From positions 5,411,434 to 5,475,433 of the forward strand of contig CM082593.2 in assembly GCA_040954595.2 (NCBI GenBank): DNA of 64,000 nt, read 5' to 3'. A model generated the notes under the pieces. That model had not been told where the DNA came from, did not search any database, and saw nothing but the letters and a program-made list of their open reading frames with translations. Position numbers and translations under genes: made by a program. Of this stretch, positions 1-13,200 are shown one piece after another. Position 1 is the first letter of the stretch, and every line of letters starts with the position of its first letter. The stretch comes from Balanoglossus misakiensis. Lineage: Eukaryota > Animalia > Hemichordata.

Positions 1-869
1 TGGACAGGGCCAATAAAGAACTGGCTCTCTTCACGCTGTAGTCTGTACCAGAAAGCCTGATGAAACTCTTCCCTGCCTCCCTGGTCGGATGCGCCCTCTA
101 CGGTCAACTCGATTTTAGTTTGGCACGCTTTGCACCAAAATAAGGGTAGTCACAACGTGGGGAGTTTCTGTTTCAAAATGAACTCAAAAACACTTCCCCG
201 AACAAAGATCAAGCAGGCCATACCAATAGGCACACGCTACCGTGTGATATCGAACGGTAAACGCGAAACATTCAAAAATGGTGAAATCTACTTCAAGTTG
301 ATAAATGAAGACTTTAGAAGAAACCAAATTATATATATACCCATGTATTTTTCATTTTGGGGCAATAATTGAATTGAATTTGAACTCTGGCTATACAGCA
401 ACCTCTCAGATCACTCTTTATATCCAATTGCATTGTTCAAAGCGCACATATGAAACATTTCATATTCGTAGTCTAGTTTTAGAGGGGCATTCGTGGGTCG
501 GTACATGTTCAGCGCAAGTTAATTATCACATAATAAAGCGTATATAATGCCAAAATTATAGGAAAAATAACTTAAGCTGTCTATATATGATTACTATTAT
601 AGATTTTCTGAATAAAGATTAATTTTCATTTGTTAACGAAGTTGTCATATTTTCCATCACACCAAAAAAGAACGTGGGAATTAAACTGGCAGACGGGGGT
701 GGAAAATCTGTCTATCTGACATCGACAGCAGAGTATTAACTTACAACACAGCGCTCGTCTGAATGCACGAACTGTCTAAATAAATGACACAAAAACAGAG
801 ATGCGATGAGTCAAGTTGTGATTATTTATTTTCGGTTTGTTAATTTTGTGATATTGGACAAAATATCCA

Positions 870-1291
870 TCTGTGTGTAGAGTGAAGTGGTGTCAACTTG
901 TACGTGTAAAGTTCAAGCACGGGGCACTCGTGTGGCGCCGAGGAGCATCTTGGAGCTCAGTGAAATTCACGGTCCTCCCACACCACCTTCTCAAAGACTA
1001 TATGAGAAGGAAACGACAGATGGGTGAACACTTCCACTCAACAGTGCGTCTCGTTTCAAAACAACATCTGGCCACGAGGACAGCTAGACTCTCCCACAGC
1101 CCACGGTTCGCTACAACAAGGCTCTTCACTGACGCGCACTCAACCGTTTGGCAAGGGAGAAGCACCGTTTGGTGTTGTGTAGCGAACCTCTCGCCGGGCA
1201 CACATGCAATCAGACCTAAAGCCCGCACGGACAGCGAGAGGGGTTGTGAGAGGGTCTAGAGGACAGCAAGATCAACACGCGCACACACAGA
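870..1291 (-). ncRNA. Candidate structured non-coding RNA (or highly structured 5'/3' UTR element) of unknown family, ~420 nt, closed multibranch fold
   Basis: Nested inverted complementarities in plus coordinates: 870-878/1283-1291, 890-900/1267-1278, 972-977/1076-1081, 986-993/1003-1010, 1017-1022/1065-1070, 1084-1102/1241-1259, 1105-1117/1174-1188, 1187-1196/1232-1241. G-U wobbles in the terminal stem and the 1187-1241 hairpin favour the minus strand. GC-rich island in AT-rich flanks, with no credible ORF. Confidence 0.55.
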
Positions 1292-1301
1292 GCTTGCAAG
1301 A

Positions 1302-1331
1302 CCTCCATCTTGACTCGTGTCACGTGATTGG
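1302..1331 (-). promoter_or_regulatory. Pol II promoter-like cluster: CCAAT box, E-box (TCACGTGAC) and YY1-like CAAGATGGAGG
   Basis: The minus strand reads CCCAATCACGTGACACGAGTCAAGATGGAGG, directly upstream of the structured element. Confidence 0.45.
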
Positions 1332-2217
1332 GTTCTTGCCCATGACTGCTTGCATAGCTGTATCACTCCGCGATTACGTCATCCTACAGGTCGATCATGT
1401 TCTGTTGATCGCAATTTGTTGTAGTGGGGGTAATGAGGAACAGGTGTAGGGTGTACGTGTTTCAAGTTAAGTATTAAATTTCATCTAAAAGTTATTAGTG
1501 TTGTGCGCTATAAAAAATGTTCACGCTTTGATTTCCAAAATTCCAAACCCTGATTTGTTAAGTTTTTTGAGTTTAACAAAACCAAAATCAAGAAGAAAAT
1601 CTGTCCTGCCATTTCACACACAAGGGATAAAAATGGTGACAGTTCTTATAACTCTAACCCTACAGTAAGTATAAAAACATTTTCTAACAAAGAGACTTCG
1701 TTGACAGTCTCTGACATACCACCTTCTGCGAGTCAATATGACTCAAGAGGCTGATTGAGAAAAGAAATACTGATAAACAAATTCCTTGTACTCTGTATTA
1801 CGCAAAGAAGAAAACGTCTGAAACCTAGGTACTAGGTGAATCTTGCTTTTTGCAATTTACCGTCGTCCAGTTTTACTTCTTGTGCATTCGCTAGTAGCTG
1901 CATCACACATGCCACTGCTAATTACTAAACGTATTAATTTCCATCAGCCAACTCGTGGTAATTCAAGTGTCTGAGTTTGACAAGCCGTGGGAATCTCGGG
2001 CCGATAGTATCGTTTCCAAGACGCCATCTTGAAAAATATGCATGTCACCATGCTATTGTGTCGTGATTTCTAATTAGGGGATTGGAGTAAATGCGACGCG
2101 TGTGCCGAGAAATCTAGAAATGTGATCCAAAAAATTTTCAAGTTCCAAATTCGAGAGATTTGTGACGTAGATAGTTGACGCAAACCAAACAAAGTGAAAT
2201 CAACCCCTTGAAAATGA

Positions 2218-4317
2218 CTAAGATGGTCTCTGCGTTCCATTCGGCGTTTCTGTGCGAACAGAGGCAAATTTCCCCGGTAACCGCAGCGACGACCCTCGTT
2301 TTGGTACGCGCTTGATGGACGCAAACTGGCCCGCTTTGCCCTTCCGTCGACTTGAGAATCGGCGCCGCAGCGAGCGCCCTCGAACGTACAATGATCTGTA
2401 CACGCGGACGTGCTTCCACTGTCGCGTTTGGTAGTAAGCGGTGACTTGGCCCAATTGTCTCAAGCTGTTCATGATGGCACTCGACGCCAATGATATAGAC
2501 ATAGAAGTCAACGCAAGACCCAAGAGGGCGTAGGCAATTGAAAGTGTCAGTATGGCACCCTTATTTTCCGGTATGACGTCACCGAAACCGATTGTACTCA
2601 GGGAAACGAAGCAAAAGTAGAACGACTCAAAGAAGGACCACTTCTCGAAAAGACAAAATAACAAACCACCTGCGCACAGGTACAACAAAAGTATGACAAA
2701 TGCCAACCAGACGGGAAATTTAAATGTGGCGATTTCACTTTCTTTCACGCCGAATCTCGACGTTGCGTCGTTGGCTACGATGACGTCCGGCTTGGTGCCA
2801 CGTGACATGGTCATTTGTCGCCTGTTCTGTGCAACTGGTTCGGGCACGAAGATGACGTTTGACATGTCGGATGTTTTACTGCTGTCTGATTGTACGCTCT
2901 CCTGTGAAGTATTGAGGGATCTTTTGTTGAAAACGTCCAAATACTGCCCGCTTGCGCGTCTGGAGTCGCTCCCATTCCCGTTTATCGTCGAATCACTACC
3001 GTTGACCTCAGAGAGCGCAATGTCCCGTCGTGCTTCGCTTTGCGCTTGCGCAATCTTCATCTCGTTCACTTCCTCCGGACCCTCCCTCAAATCCGGTTCA
3101 CTCCGACTGCAGTCGACAGTGAACGAGGCCTTCATCAGTCTGTCCCACGTGCGGGTCGACACTGAACTACGAGGTATTGCTTCCACCTTTTCCTTCGTAG
3201 CTGGGACGCCACCACGAGTCGCCTGACCATTTCCCTGAGTTTCCGTTTCTATGGTAACTTGCGACAAAGCGGTGAACTTCGAACTCTCATTTCGCTTGTC
3301 TTTCAGTGTTGACCTGTTGCCCAAATCTTCCACGGTAATTGTCGGCATTCCCGCGGCAGATTTCTCTTCCTTCTTCTTTTTCCTCTCGTCAAGTTTTCTA
3401 GTGGTCAATATTGCCCCAATTTTCCCCCATCTTGCCAGAAGAGCACCTAAAAGCAAACAAGCAGATTTATCAAGTAAGTTTATGATTATAGCATTTTTTC
3501 AAAGGAATCTTTTTCGCCAATGCTCAGTAATAAGCCAAGTGTTCGGTAATAATACCTCACCTATATCTGATAGCACCAAAAGGGTCAAAGGCACGCCCAT
3601 AACTGCATAGAATACACATACAATCCGACCAAGGATCGTAACAGGTGCAGTGTTACCATAACCTATTAACAAAGAGAAAGAGAGAATACATGATTTTCCG
3701 CTTATTTCAATATCTCGCGAGACTTGGTAAATTACCGTAAATACAGGTCAGGCTTTGTACGGAGACTAAAATTGTAACACATATCACTTGCGAATAGTGA
3801 ATATCAAAAGATGTCTAATATAAAAACGGTCCGCACCTATCGTGGTTATAGTTGCAGAAGAGAAGAACACAGCACCAATAAAAGACCAGTGAACTTCGCC
3901 CTCTATCGGGAAAGCAACACTGTTGGAGACAGTATATTCCCATTCCGACAGATACGACCTCATCATCTGCGTTCCGTTCGTCTTGGTTGCATAGGCCGAC
4001 AGGTTCCACAGAGTTTCAATGAGAAGTTCCCGTTTGGCCCTCAGGCGGCTGCGCTCCTCCACCTCGTTGGGGGCCTCCAGCGCCTTGAAGATGAACGCGC
4101 CCAGGATGACGTAGGCAAGGAACAGCAGTATCAAGCCGAGGTGGGAGGAGATGACGTGTATCCACCGGCGCGGGTGGCACTTCGACTTCAGGTTCGCCGT
4201 CGTCAGGTTGAACGCTTCCCGCGTGGTCGAGGTCTGTCGCTCAACGTTCACGTTGTCGCGATCTGACCGGTATGGGTCCGCCGCCCGAGTGGTGGGCAGC
4301 TGAGAGAAAGCCGACAT
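2218..4317 (-). CDS. Two-pore-domain (K2P) potassium channel, TRESK/KCNK18- or TWK-like, 603 aa, with a long M2-M3 cytoplasmic loop
   Basis: Exons 4317-3837, 3662-3561 and 3446-2218 have GT-AG introns and consistent phases (1812 nt). M1 HLGLILLFLAYVILGAFIFKALE; cap helix; P1 WSFIGAVFFSSATITTIG|YGNTAP; M2 GRIVCVFYAVMGVPL; M3; P2 WSFFESFYFCFVSLSTIGFGD; M4. Extra 5' exons are possible. Confidence 0.93.
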
Positions 4318-7214
4318 CGTGGTGGACTCGGCGACAACTGAAGCTTCACAAATTTCCTGTCGCGAAAATCATCTGGAAGACAAACAAAATATTTTCGCTC
4401 GATTAATGTCAGCCGAAGTGTGAGGAATTCACAGGAACGCTTTTCTTGCCAATAAAAACATTGGCTACAACAAAGGGGTCGCCGGCCAATGATTTGAAGT
4501 CAAAAATATTCAAAAATTTAGAGTTTGTTTTCAATTTCTCTTCTTTCTAAGAAATTATAAAATTTATATAGTTGTATCAGAATATGCAACAGCCGATAGA
4601 ACTTGTGTGCCATATTTGCCTAGGCAACTCGAGACTTTATGACACACGCACAAAACTGGCCTAAATTCTGCCGCAGTGCTGTACTGTAAAACTCATTGCA
4701 TCATTTACTGTGTAAACTTCAAGAAGGTTGTGATATTTCAGCGAACGGATATTGCATTTCAGGCGAATGCTTCCAATTCAAGACTGAGCTTCCGCCTTCG
4801 CCCCCTTGTCGAGAGATTGTAGAGGTACTTCATAAACCAAACACAGTTTTGTTGAGATGACGAAGTGTAAGCGAGGTGTTTCACAGATACGGGAGGAGGT
4901 TGAAGTATATGAACTAAAACGATCAAGAAGGCAGGGGCCAGTCTGGGAGATCCCCGAGGGGAGTGGCTAATGTCCCCCACGCAACGGCAACCTGTATATT
5001 TGTGCATTGCCAAAAGAAAACACACATTCAGAGCCCAAAATGGCGCTTCAAGGCCAAGCGACGTCAAATACCCGTCAATCTTTCGGGGGGGGCGTCAATA
5101 CCACAGCAAAGGAAGTGCCAAGTTCTACAACTCACACTAGATAGACAGACAGGCAGACAGACAGCTATGCATAAATGCGATGACGTCATCACTTCAGCTA
5201 CTGATGTGACCACGAAGTTCAACGACCCGAAATTCTAGAAGTATTGACCAAATTAGAAAAAAAGCCACGGGCTGCTTACAGACGAAGTTTACGCGAAATA
5301 TGATATTTCGTTCTGAGACTAGCCAGTTCATGGTCAACGCCATTTCAACAGTGAATCATCCACGGCCCCTCCAATTTGAAACATAAATCGTACAAAAGGA
5401 ACCGGAGTTGATCCACACAGAACAAATAAGCGAAAAAAGTGCCCAAAGTTCCCTACAGCCAAGGGCCAGATTAATCATGGGTGTTTGAGTACGGCATTAC
5501 GGTAAAAGTCTCGAAGATGACTACAAAAACTCCAGCGTCTCTGGTGTATAGAGTTTACATTAACCACTTGTGCTGTTCACCACGTGTAACACATTAAATT
5601 TTAAAAGTATTCCAGCTTTCGAGCGGTGCTTATAGGTCAACTATTGCTGACGGAAACATGAATTCGACGGCGGAGCGTAAAGGGAAAACGCTGCTTTCTA
5701 TCACGATCAGAATTGTTTCAAATCCCAGAAGTTATTTAATGTTGAGAGGTGTTTATGTTCTCATGTTTTACCGAAACGTGTTGAATTGTCGGCTTGTACC
5801 ATTTCGTGTACGTACGGCATGCCTTTCATTCGGCGCAATGCATACCGTCGAAGTTTCAAGACGTTAACTGCGCGCCAAGATGGAAAGTCGTGTGTAACGA
5901 CATTGCTGTAACAGCTTGGCACGTGTACGGTCGTTCGACAGAACTCCTCAGAACAGCTGGACATTACAACAAACGCAGATGCTCATTGCTCAAGGCCAAG
6001 TAACGCGTATTAAACAAAGCTCAGGGATCGACCTTATTGCTATTGCGGGTGTCCCCATACGTCCACTGTCCAAAGTTGCGCGAGTCCGCACTTGAAGTTG
6101 GACCCAAGCTTTCAGTGTTCCCGCTGTTCTTATCCAGAATTAACGTCACTGTAGCTGTTGTTCGCAAATCATGTTTAACAGCTGTGTGAACAAAGTATAA
6201 TTGCGAGCTCACTGCCATCTAAAACATTAACACATGTCTCAAGCATCTCGGTCATAGCTGCCGAGTTTATGTATACATTTGAGAGCCGGAAAATTACAAG
6301 AATGTGCGTCGGCGCCATTTTTATTTATTTCCTTTCCATTCACATAATTTAATTTCTCTCATTGTCACCAAATCAAACTTTACATCAATATAAGATCACC
6401 TCGTACTGTCCTATCGATCGAATAAACCTCAGGCAAATTCAAATTTAACTGATATTTAACAGCGCCCCATCACTCGATCCGCGCTAGGAATCCAATAAAC
6501 TATTCCGTTTACAGGCAAATTGCGTATGTTGTTTATACATTGTATCTATAGAAACTGCCACGTCAACGGGCCTTTAAATTTACACACTGCATCATAGATT
6601 ACATGAAGCCATAGATGATGAAACTAACAAAGTGCCAATGTCGACTCATTACATTTGCTTGACGTAATACCAACAACTAATTGCATATCACCATATTGTT
6701 AAACTCTACGATAACAACTATTAGGAATGAAGTGACGCAAACGCACTTCAGTCCTCGGATGAAATCTGAACATCAAGCACAATTTCGCAAGCGTACAGGA
6801 AATAACTACTGGGCTTGCCGCGTACACGTGGATGAGGTTGAAACACATACAAAACAAATCTACCGATGTACGATTTTGAGTACATGTCTTCACGTACTTT
6901 ACACACAGCAGCCATCGGCCACATTTTCTACGGGGCTGGTTGCATAGCAACAGGAAACGAAATTCCGTCCACTTGGACGCACGCAAATTGGTCTTTTCAG
7001 TGAGGCGAAAGGGCATCGTCATAGTTCTCGCAAGAGATGCGCCTGGTTGCCGTGGTTACTTGAAATACTTTAATATTGTGAGGCAGTTGATAACGCGGTT
7101 AAGTGTGCCTGCGACCCTTGACTGGCTGTGACGTCATTTTGACTTAGCGGGCGCACACATGGTGTAGTATTCGTTTTTTTTCTTCAAAAAACACTCTTCA
7201 CACACTTTAATATA

Positions 7215-7270
7215 TCATAGATAGTAGAGGGGGGAAGACGGATCCGTCTTCCCCAGTCTACTGTCTATGA
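7215..7270. repeat. 56-bp near-perfect palindrome (foldback / mini-MITE-like)
   Basis: TCATAGATAGTAGAGGGGGGAAGACGGA|TCCGTCTTCCCCAGTCTACTGTCTATGA: 3 mismatches across 28-bp arms, centred on GGATCC, flanked by ATAT runs. Confidence 0.8.
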
Positions 7271-10200
7271 ATATATCAAAGAATTTGGATGAGGATCATT
7301 TTTCGGAAAATCTGTACAGCCAAATCGCCTAGCGTCACACATGGACTGAAATCCGCGGTATTGCTTAATTAACTTTAGTTATGATATATTCATGAACATA
7401 CATTCTTTATGACACCATATCTGTCCAATGTTGCTTAAGAGTCGCTGTCTTTATCGTTATCTTTACATGATAAGTCGCGGTTGAACTTCGAGTCGTTCTC
7501 CAGACGGGAAAATGACGGGTCATCCCATGCGTTCATTCTCACTCCGCTTGAAAACCTAACGCGCCGATAGTTAGATTAGATAATTTACGGCACAATTTAT
7601 ACAATTGTACAGCGAAGTATTCGCGCGTTGCTGGGGCAAATGAGGAAACCGACGCGAGTTTTTGAGGACGAGGGTCTCAGATAGACTGCGGCGAAAAGGC
7701 TGCACATGAAAGAAAACAACAATTAACCAAGATATTGTTAAGGATGTTGACGCCGTATTCGAGTGTTTTTGTCGAGAAAGTATGCCATGAAGCCAGAAAA
7801 AAAACGACTACCAGCGACACGCCGAGTGCTTGTTACCCGGCACCGCGAAATGAGCTTAGTGCCAACCAGAACGAACAACAAACTCCTTGTCTTTGCGCAA
7901 AATTACAGTCGCATGTAACGGGAAAGCGTTGCGTCACAATCACATAATTCACATGCTGAAGTAGATTTGCTTTTATCGATGGAGCGCGGCAACGAGCAGA
8001 TCTTGCGGAATCGTTCAATTGGCCGTAATACGAGTACTACCAGGACGCACTTGTATACTCACCCAATATGGCTGACAGCGGGTTTGGGAAACATTACCAC
8101 CGCGTAAAAGAAAGTATTGTGCCCTAAAGATGCGATATACACAGATCAAATCGTATTCCCGCAATCCAAGTGATGGCTGCTATAATCTTGACGTCTACTC
8201 CAACGGTTGAATTTCACAGCGCACTGCTCCGCAGAACTATATATACGCGCGCCCGTGGAAACGTTTGACTCAAATGACGTCTACGGCTTGCTGCGATAAT
8301 GGTTACTGGCGACTGAGGAAAAGTGAAACTTAATCCAGTACTGCGCACTCTCGGAAATCCCGAGCCACTTGACGTAACCCTCATAGTGTCTTGACCCAGT
8401 GCAGTGAGACATACGTAATTCTGGATTCTCTGAAATTAAGGCGAGTGGGAAGATCACGTGGTGTGCGCGGTGATTCGAAATGATAGTTTAAAAACCTAAA
8501 TACGGCAGGATGGTGCCGGAGATAACTGGTCTGTGTGATGACGAAATATGACTCAACAGTACACGTCGTCCACGCGGTTAACATAAGACCGGCCCCTTCC
8601 ATCTTATATTACGGGTAATAGATAAAATGCTAATGGAAACCATTTTATTCGTGTATGACATATTTTACTCGTATTGTTGACGTGTACTCTCTCCACCAAA
8701 CATCCAAACTGAACGCGATGCTACCGAAATCTTCGACCTTCTCATGACGTCTAACAACCCCAAAGGCGTACCACCAATCATTATAAATGCAAGGGCGTTC
8801 TAATAGTCGCCATGGTAGTTTCAAAACTGGTTTGCCCTTCGTCTGTCGACACAGTCATTTGGCCTTCCTCCTGAGCAGCGAAAGGGCGGCGCCCACAATG
8901 CGTGAGGGCGTGGATATCACCGAAAATGTCAGAACACCCCGCGCCGCCACCCAAAGGACAATTTTGTCGTTAAAACAAATAATCTGGAACATCATTTGGG
9001 CCACCTTGAAGCCGGTACCACGGAAACGCTGTCATCATCGTCACCCGGTGCAAGTAATGGATGGAGACACGCGTAGGACAATCCCCCGCGCTGATGACGT
9101 CATCATGAATCATATACCAGCAGTCATGGCCATTGGAGTTACTGGACCGAAACCCTCGTTGTTGTTTTTTCACCCTCTCCTTCAAAACAAACACCTTGCT
9201 CAATGTTCTTGAGATTTTCCTTCTTGTGGAAGTCTAATTGTGGGATCATGAAAAACCTCTCGTTCCTGGCCAGAACCAATTGATACATTCTTCAGATACA
9301 ATAAGACTACCATACAAAAGTCTAATAATTTGCGGAACTCAGCCCCCATTCCTCATTGTAATATATCACCTGTCGTCCTCTGACCACGGCAACAAAACAA
9401 TGTTGAAAAGACACCGACTTTGGTCGGTCACATGAAAAATGATAACGTCTAGTCTGCTCCTAACATTGAACCGTTGTTTAGGGATCTCTGGTCGAGATGT
9501 GTGACATTTTAGGTCGTGTTTCAACCCATGTTAAGTTTTTTTTCCCGGGTGAAAAGTTGACCCGTGTTTAGGCATTTTTAGTCATCTGCCCAATCGTACA
9601 ATCTGGAGAACATCGCGCATTACGAAATATATTTTGGCGTTTTGAATCTTGACAGCATCTCAAGAATTGATGGATCAGTTTGAGTTAGACCGGGACACGA
9701 GCATGGGGTCCTCCTGATGAGGTCAGCGGTCTCGCTTGTAAACCGATCCCAGGACGCACGCATGTACTCTGGGACATCTCCATGGTTACAAGCGCGGCCA
9801 GCATAGTTGATGGTTCGGCGGTCTAACTTCCTTGCCAGACGGTGTCATTGAATTCATAAATCACTGAGCAGTGGGGTCACAGGTCAACAGATGATAAGAG
9901 GTTGTATATTGAATGCACTACTTCGACTTTATAAATATGCTTGCATATCATGATTAATTCGGACATTTTCTGTCTGTGTTGAAGTTAACACGTCGACTCA
10001 CGCGATGTACTAGCAAGGCGATACGATCCAATATGGCTGAACCGTTGTATAAACCATATTTTGTTATCATGGCACTATAACTTTTGGCTATTTTTCAGTA
10101 CCTGTATTTTTGTTTTGTGTACAAACTGGACCTATTCCTCGGACATATCCCAACCCACCTTTCAAATCTGTTGCAAGCTATTGTATCACGATAAGGTAGA

Positions 10201-13200
10201 GTAATGCCGAAATGAAAAAAAACTGTATCATATTTGTCTTTTTAAGAAAAAGAAATCTCGACAGTTGATTAATATGTGCTAAAATCCAACATCATTTAAA
10301 ATAACTTAATATCGATTACAATAAAACAGATCTGGTTACATTATTGAAGTCTTAGTCGGACTACAGTTATCGTCTATTCTTGGCTCAATGCAAAAAGATA
10401 ATAATTCACTTATAATGATTTCATTATATGACATCATCATTGCAAATGGAGCATTTACCGCATCCTTCCAATTTGAAATTTAATGAACAGTAATTGAACC
10501 GACACACTGGTGTGATTCGGGGTAAATTATGACCATTAGGCGAGAAGGTGAAACTAAAAAACAATCAATTTGCGTCATCTAAAAGAAATTTGACAATCTC
10601 TTCTTGTGACTGCAGCTAACAAGAACTCGACGGGATTGTAGTAATACGCAAAACACTCGCTCACTTATTTCCAGTCAGTTTTCAAGATTTGTCTGGATTG
10701 AGCGAGACTGTCTTGGTTTCATGTTCCCACTTTCTGCACGGCGATCACGTGACGCCTATTCCCTGCACTCTGATTTCAATTCGATGAACAATTCGAAACT
10801 ACAAGGGCTTCTTACATATACATGTCATCATAGGCTACCTTAGAACTCCACTGACAATTATTCTTGGTGAACACGCCGGCTTTACATATACAAAGAGACA
10901 TTTGGACCGCGGACGCAAAGTGCCTCTAGAATTCGTAATACACAATCAAGATCTGTGACACTTTTGCAGCATGTACATGTATATATGTTAATGATCTTCT
11001 AAAAACGTGCGACTGCATGAAAGATCGGCTGGCCTACATTCCAACAAATCGCGTTTCAAATAAATTAAAGTCTCGTTAGCTGTTTTTTTTTTCAGTACAT
11101 GCCGAAACTACCAGTAATTAGCTTATTTTTACAGCCCATATATGCACAGTCGTTAGCATAGTTCGTATTGAAAACTAAACTCTAAGACTAAAATGTACTT
11201 GAAATTATATGTCTACAATCAATCACAATGGTCGTTACATGTATACGGTCTATGTCCCTTTAGCATGCCAAACATAGCAGATACCGGTTATTAAAGTGAA
11301 CTTCATTTCAAACATGCAACGTTTACAAGTAAAGTCCTGTCATGAAGAAACACTGCGGCCATACTGATATACATGTACGTCTGTCAACAAAAACAGTCAC
11401 TCGCGGGTAGGTTACCCGCCGCGAACAGCAGTCGAGTGGATTTTTCAGTAATCACGAAACGTGATGAACAAAGGGAATTTTCGAGTATTTATCACGTAAA
11501 ACGTAACCAGACTGGGGTCGTTGTATGACCCTTGCCGACTCTCCTTTGCGCATAGTAACCCCTCTCAAGCAGAAACCCTTCAAAACAATTCGAGGCGCCA
11601 TCTTTAATTCCTCTGGCAGAAATATTTGCATATATCAGACGCCATCTTAATTTCACGCAGAAATTCGTCGAAGTCGCCAAATTTTGCACGCTTGATGTAA
11701 ACATTGTATCTATAAAGGTACCAAATTTGTGAAATTGTCCAAAGCTGTCAATCAAATTGACGAGGAAAATTAATTCCGTTGGGAGGCAAAGCCAGTGTGA
11801 GCCTAATATTAAGTAAATAGTCCGGATATACAAAGTCCCTTGACAGCACCCCCTTGCCGCATGGCTGACATAATCTTAACGCTCCGTAAAGCTCACACAT
11901 TTCAATCGTCAGGACATTTCGACACTGCGCTAATCGCATTCTCGTCAATAACGTCGATAATCCGGGCACCTGTTGCCAGCAGAGAATGGTGAAAATGCGG
12001 TTTGGACCGCGACAACAAACTGTCGTCGGTCGCTCCATTTACAACGGATAATAAACACCAAGATTCCAGAGTATGTGCCAATGCCGCATACTCGTCTTTT
12101 CCCTCAAGGACCACAAAAGATGGAAGAAACATGTGGATGTATTATGGAGCGCCATACACAGCGCTCACAACAGCTGTGACGTTTGGTATTCTTTCATCAC
12201 GTTTTATTAACCACAGCTGTGACATATTTTACGGTGTTTTTACATTCACTGCAAGTAATTGCCCTACAGGCGTGTGACACTTTGAGTTATTTATTTATAC
12301 TTCGCCATATTGTTCACGTTTTCCGCACAAATCAATAGTTTAGTTCATCACAAGGAACAATAGGCTTTCGGTATGTGGTAATGAATATTTTCTTGGGCCC
12401 TGTTTGCAGCAAAACAAATTACGACGTGTGTGAATACGAAGGACGCCCCAAGCAGAAATCTATCGATAATTTTATATTATGAGGTTGCGCAATTACTCTG
12501 TTATTAAGAGATTATTATTTAATGAGCAAACACTACGGTATTATGAGTGTACATTATTATTTTATGTGGATATACTGGGACATATAATGCGCATATAGCG
12601 TTACCTTATGTGCAAACGCTATGTCATTACGCGCACCATACTATTTTATGAGGAATAACTTATGTGTGCATAGAGCACAGTGTTTCATGTCCACACTACA
12701 AACTTTAACTTTTAGTGGTTTTGAAGTGTATTCGAATCATTTGACGGACCGGGTTTCGGAAACCTTTTTCTTGTTTTCATGGACTGAGATGATAAACAGA
12801 GAACACTCCTCTATAAATTGACTCTTTTCAGTAGACTGTTTTTATATTAACGTTTTCAAACGCTACAGACGTTGACAAAATTAGTTGACGCTCACAGACA
12901 GGTAAGTCACGCGCGATTTTGAGCTACCATGGTGAACGCGGCCTCCGAGAACGGCAGATATTCTGCAAAATTGGAGATTAATGTTTTCTAAAAAAATATA
13001 AAACTGATAATATAATATTTAAACGTTCATAAAACACCTACCTATATTAAATACTGGCTCGTGCAACAAGACATGTCGCTAAATGATTGCGGTAGACGCG
13101 TTACTCGCAGACGATTTGGTTGTGTATATGTACGTGTTTTTATTTATGTAGGCGGCGTTCCATGGGATTGTCTTATTTTACGATACTTCCGGTGCGTGCT

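Noticed and set aside
57-72. CTGATGA, a hammerhead-core or C-box-like motif
   Set aside because: No stem II followed by GAAA in the required geometry and no supported D-box stem; also too close to the window edge to assess.
873-1449. ORFs of 128, 76 and 81 aa over the structured element
   Set aside because: No recognisable domain or splice context; the GC-rich paired sequence explains the lack of stops.
1654-1662. CTAACCCTA, a telomerase-template-like sequence
   Set aside because: An isolated short match in AT-rich DNA, outside the structured element and on the opposite strand, with no pseudoknot or H/ACA context.
2693-4266. Plus-strand ORFs of 177, 119 and 151 aa
   Set aside because: Antisense shadows of the K2P exons.
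8700-9900. Coding-looking stretch with broken frames (including the 141-aa ORF 8787-9212)
   Set aside because: No motif I can recognise and no consistent exon chain. It may be a decayed transposon or pseudogene; tblastx/RepeatMasker is needed.
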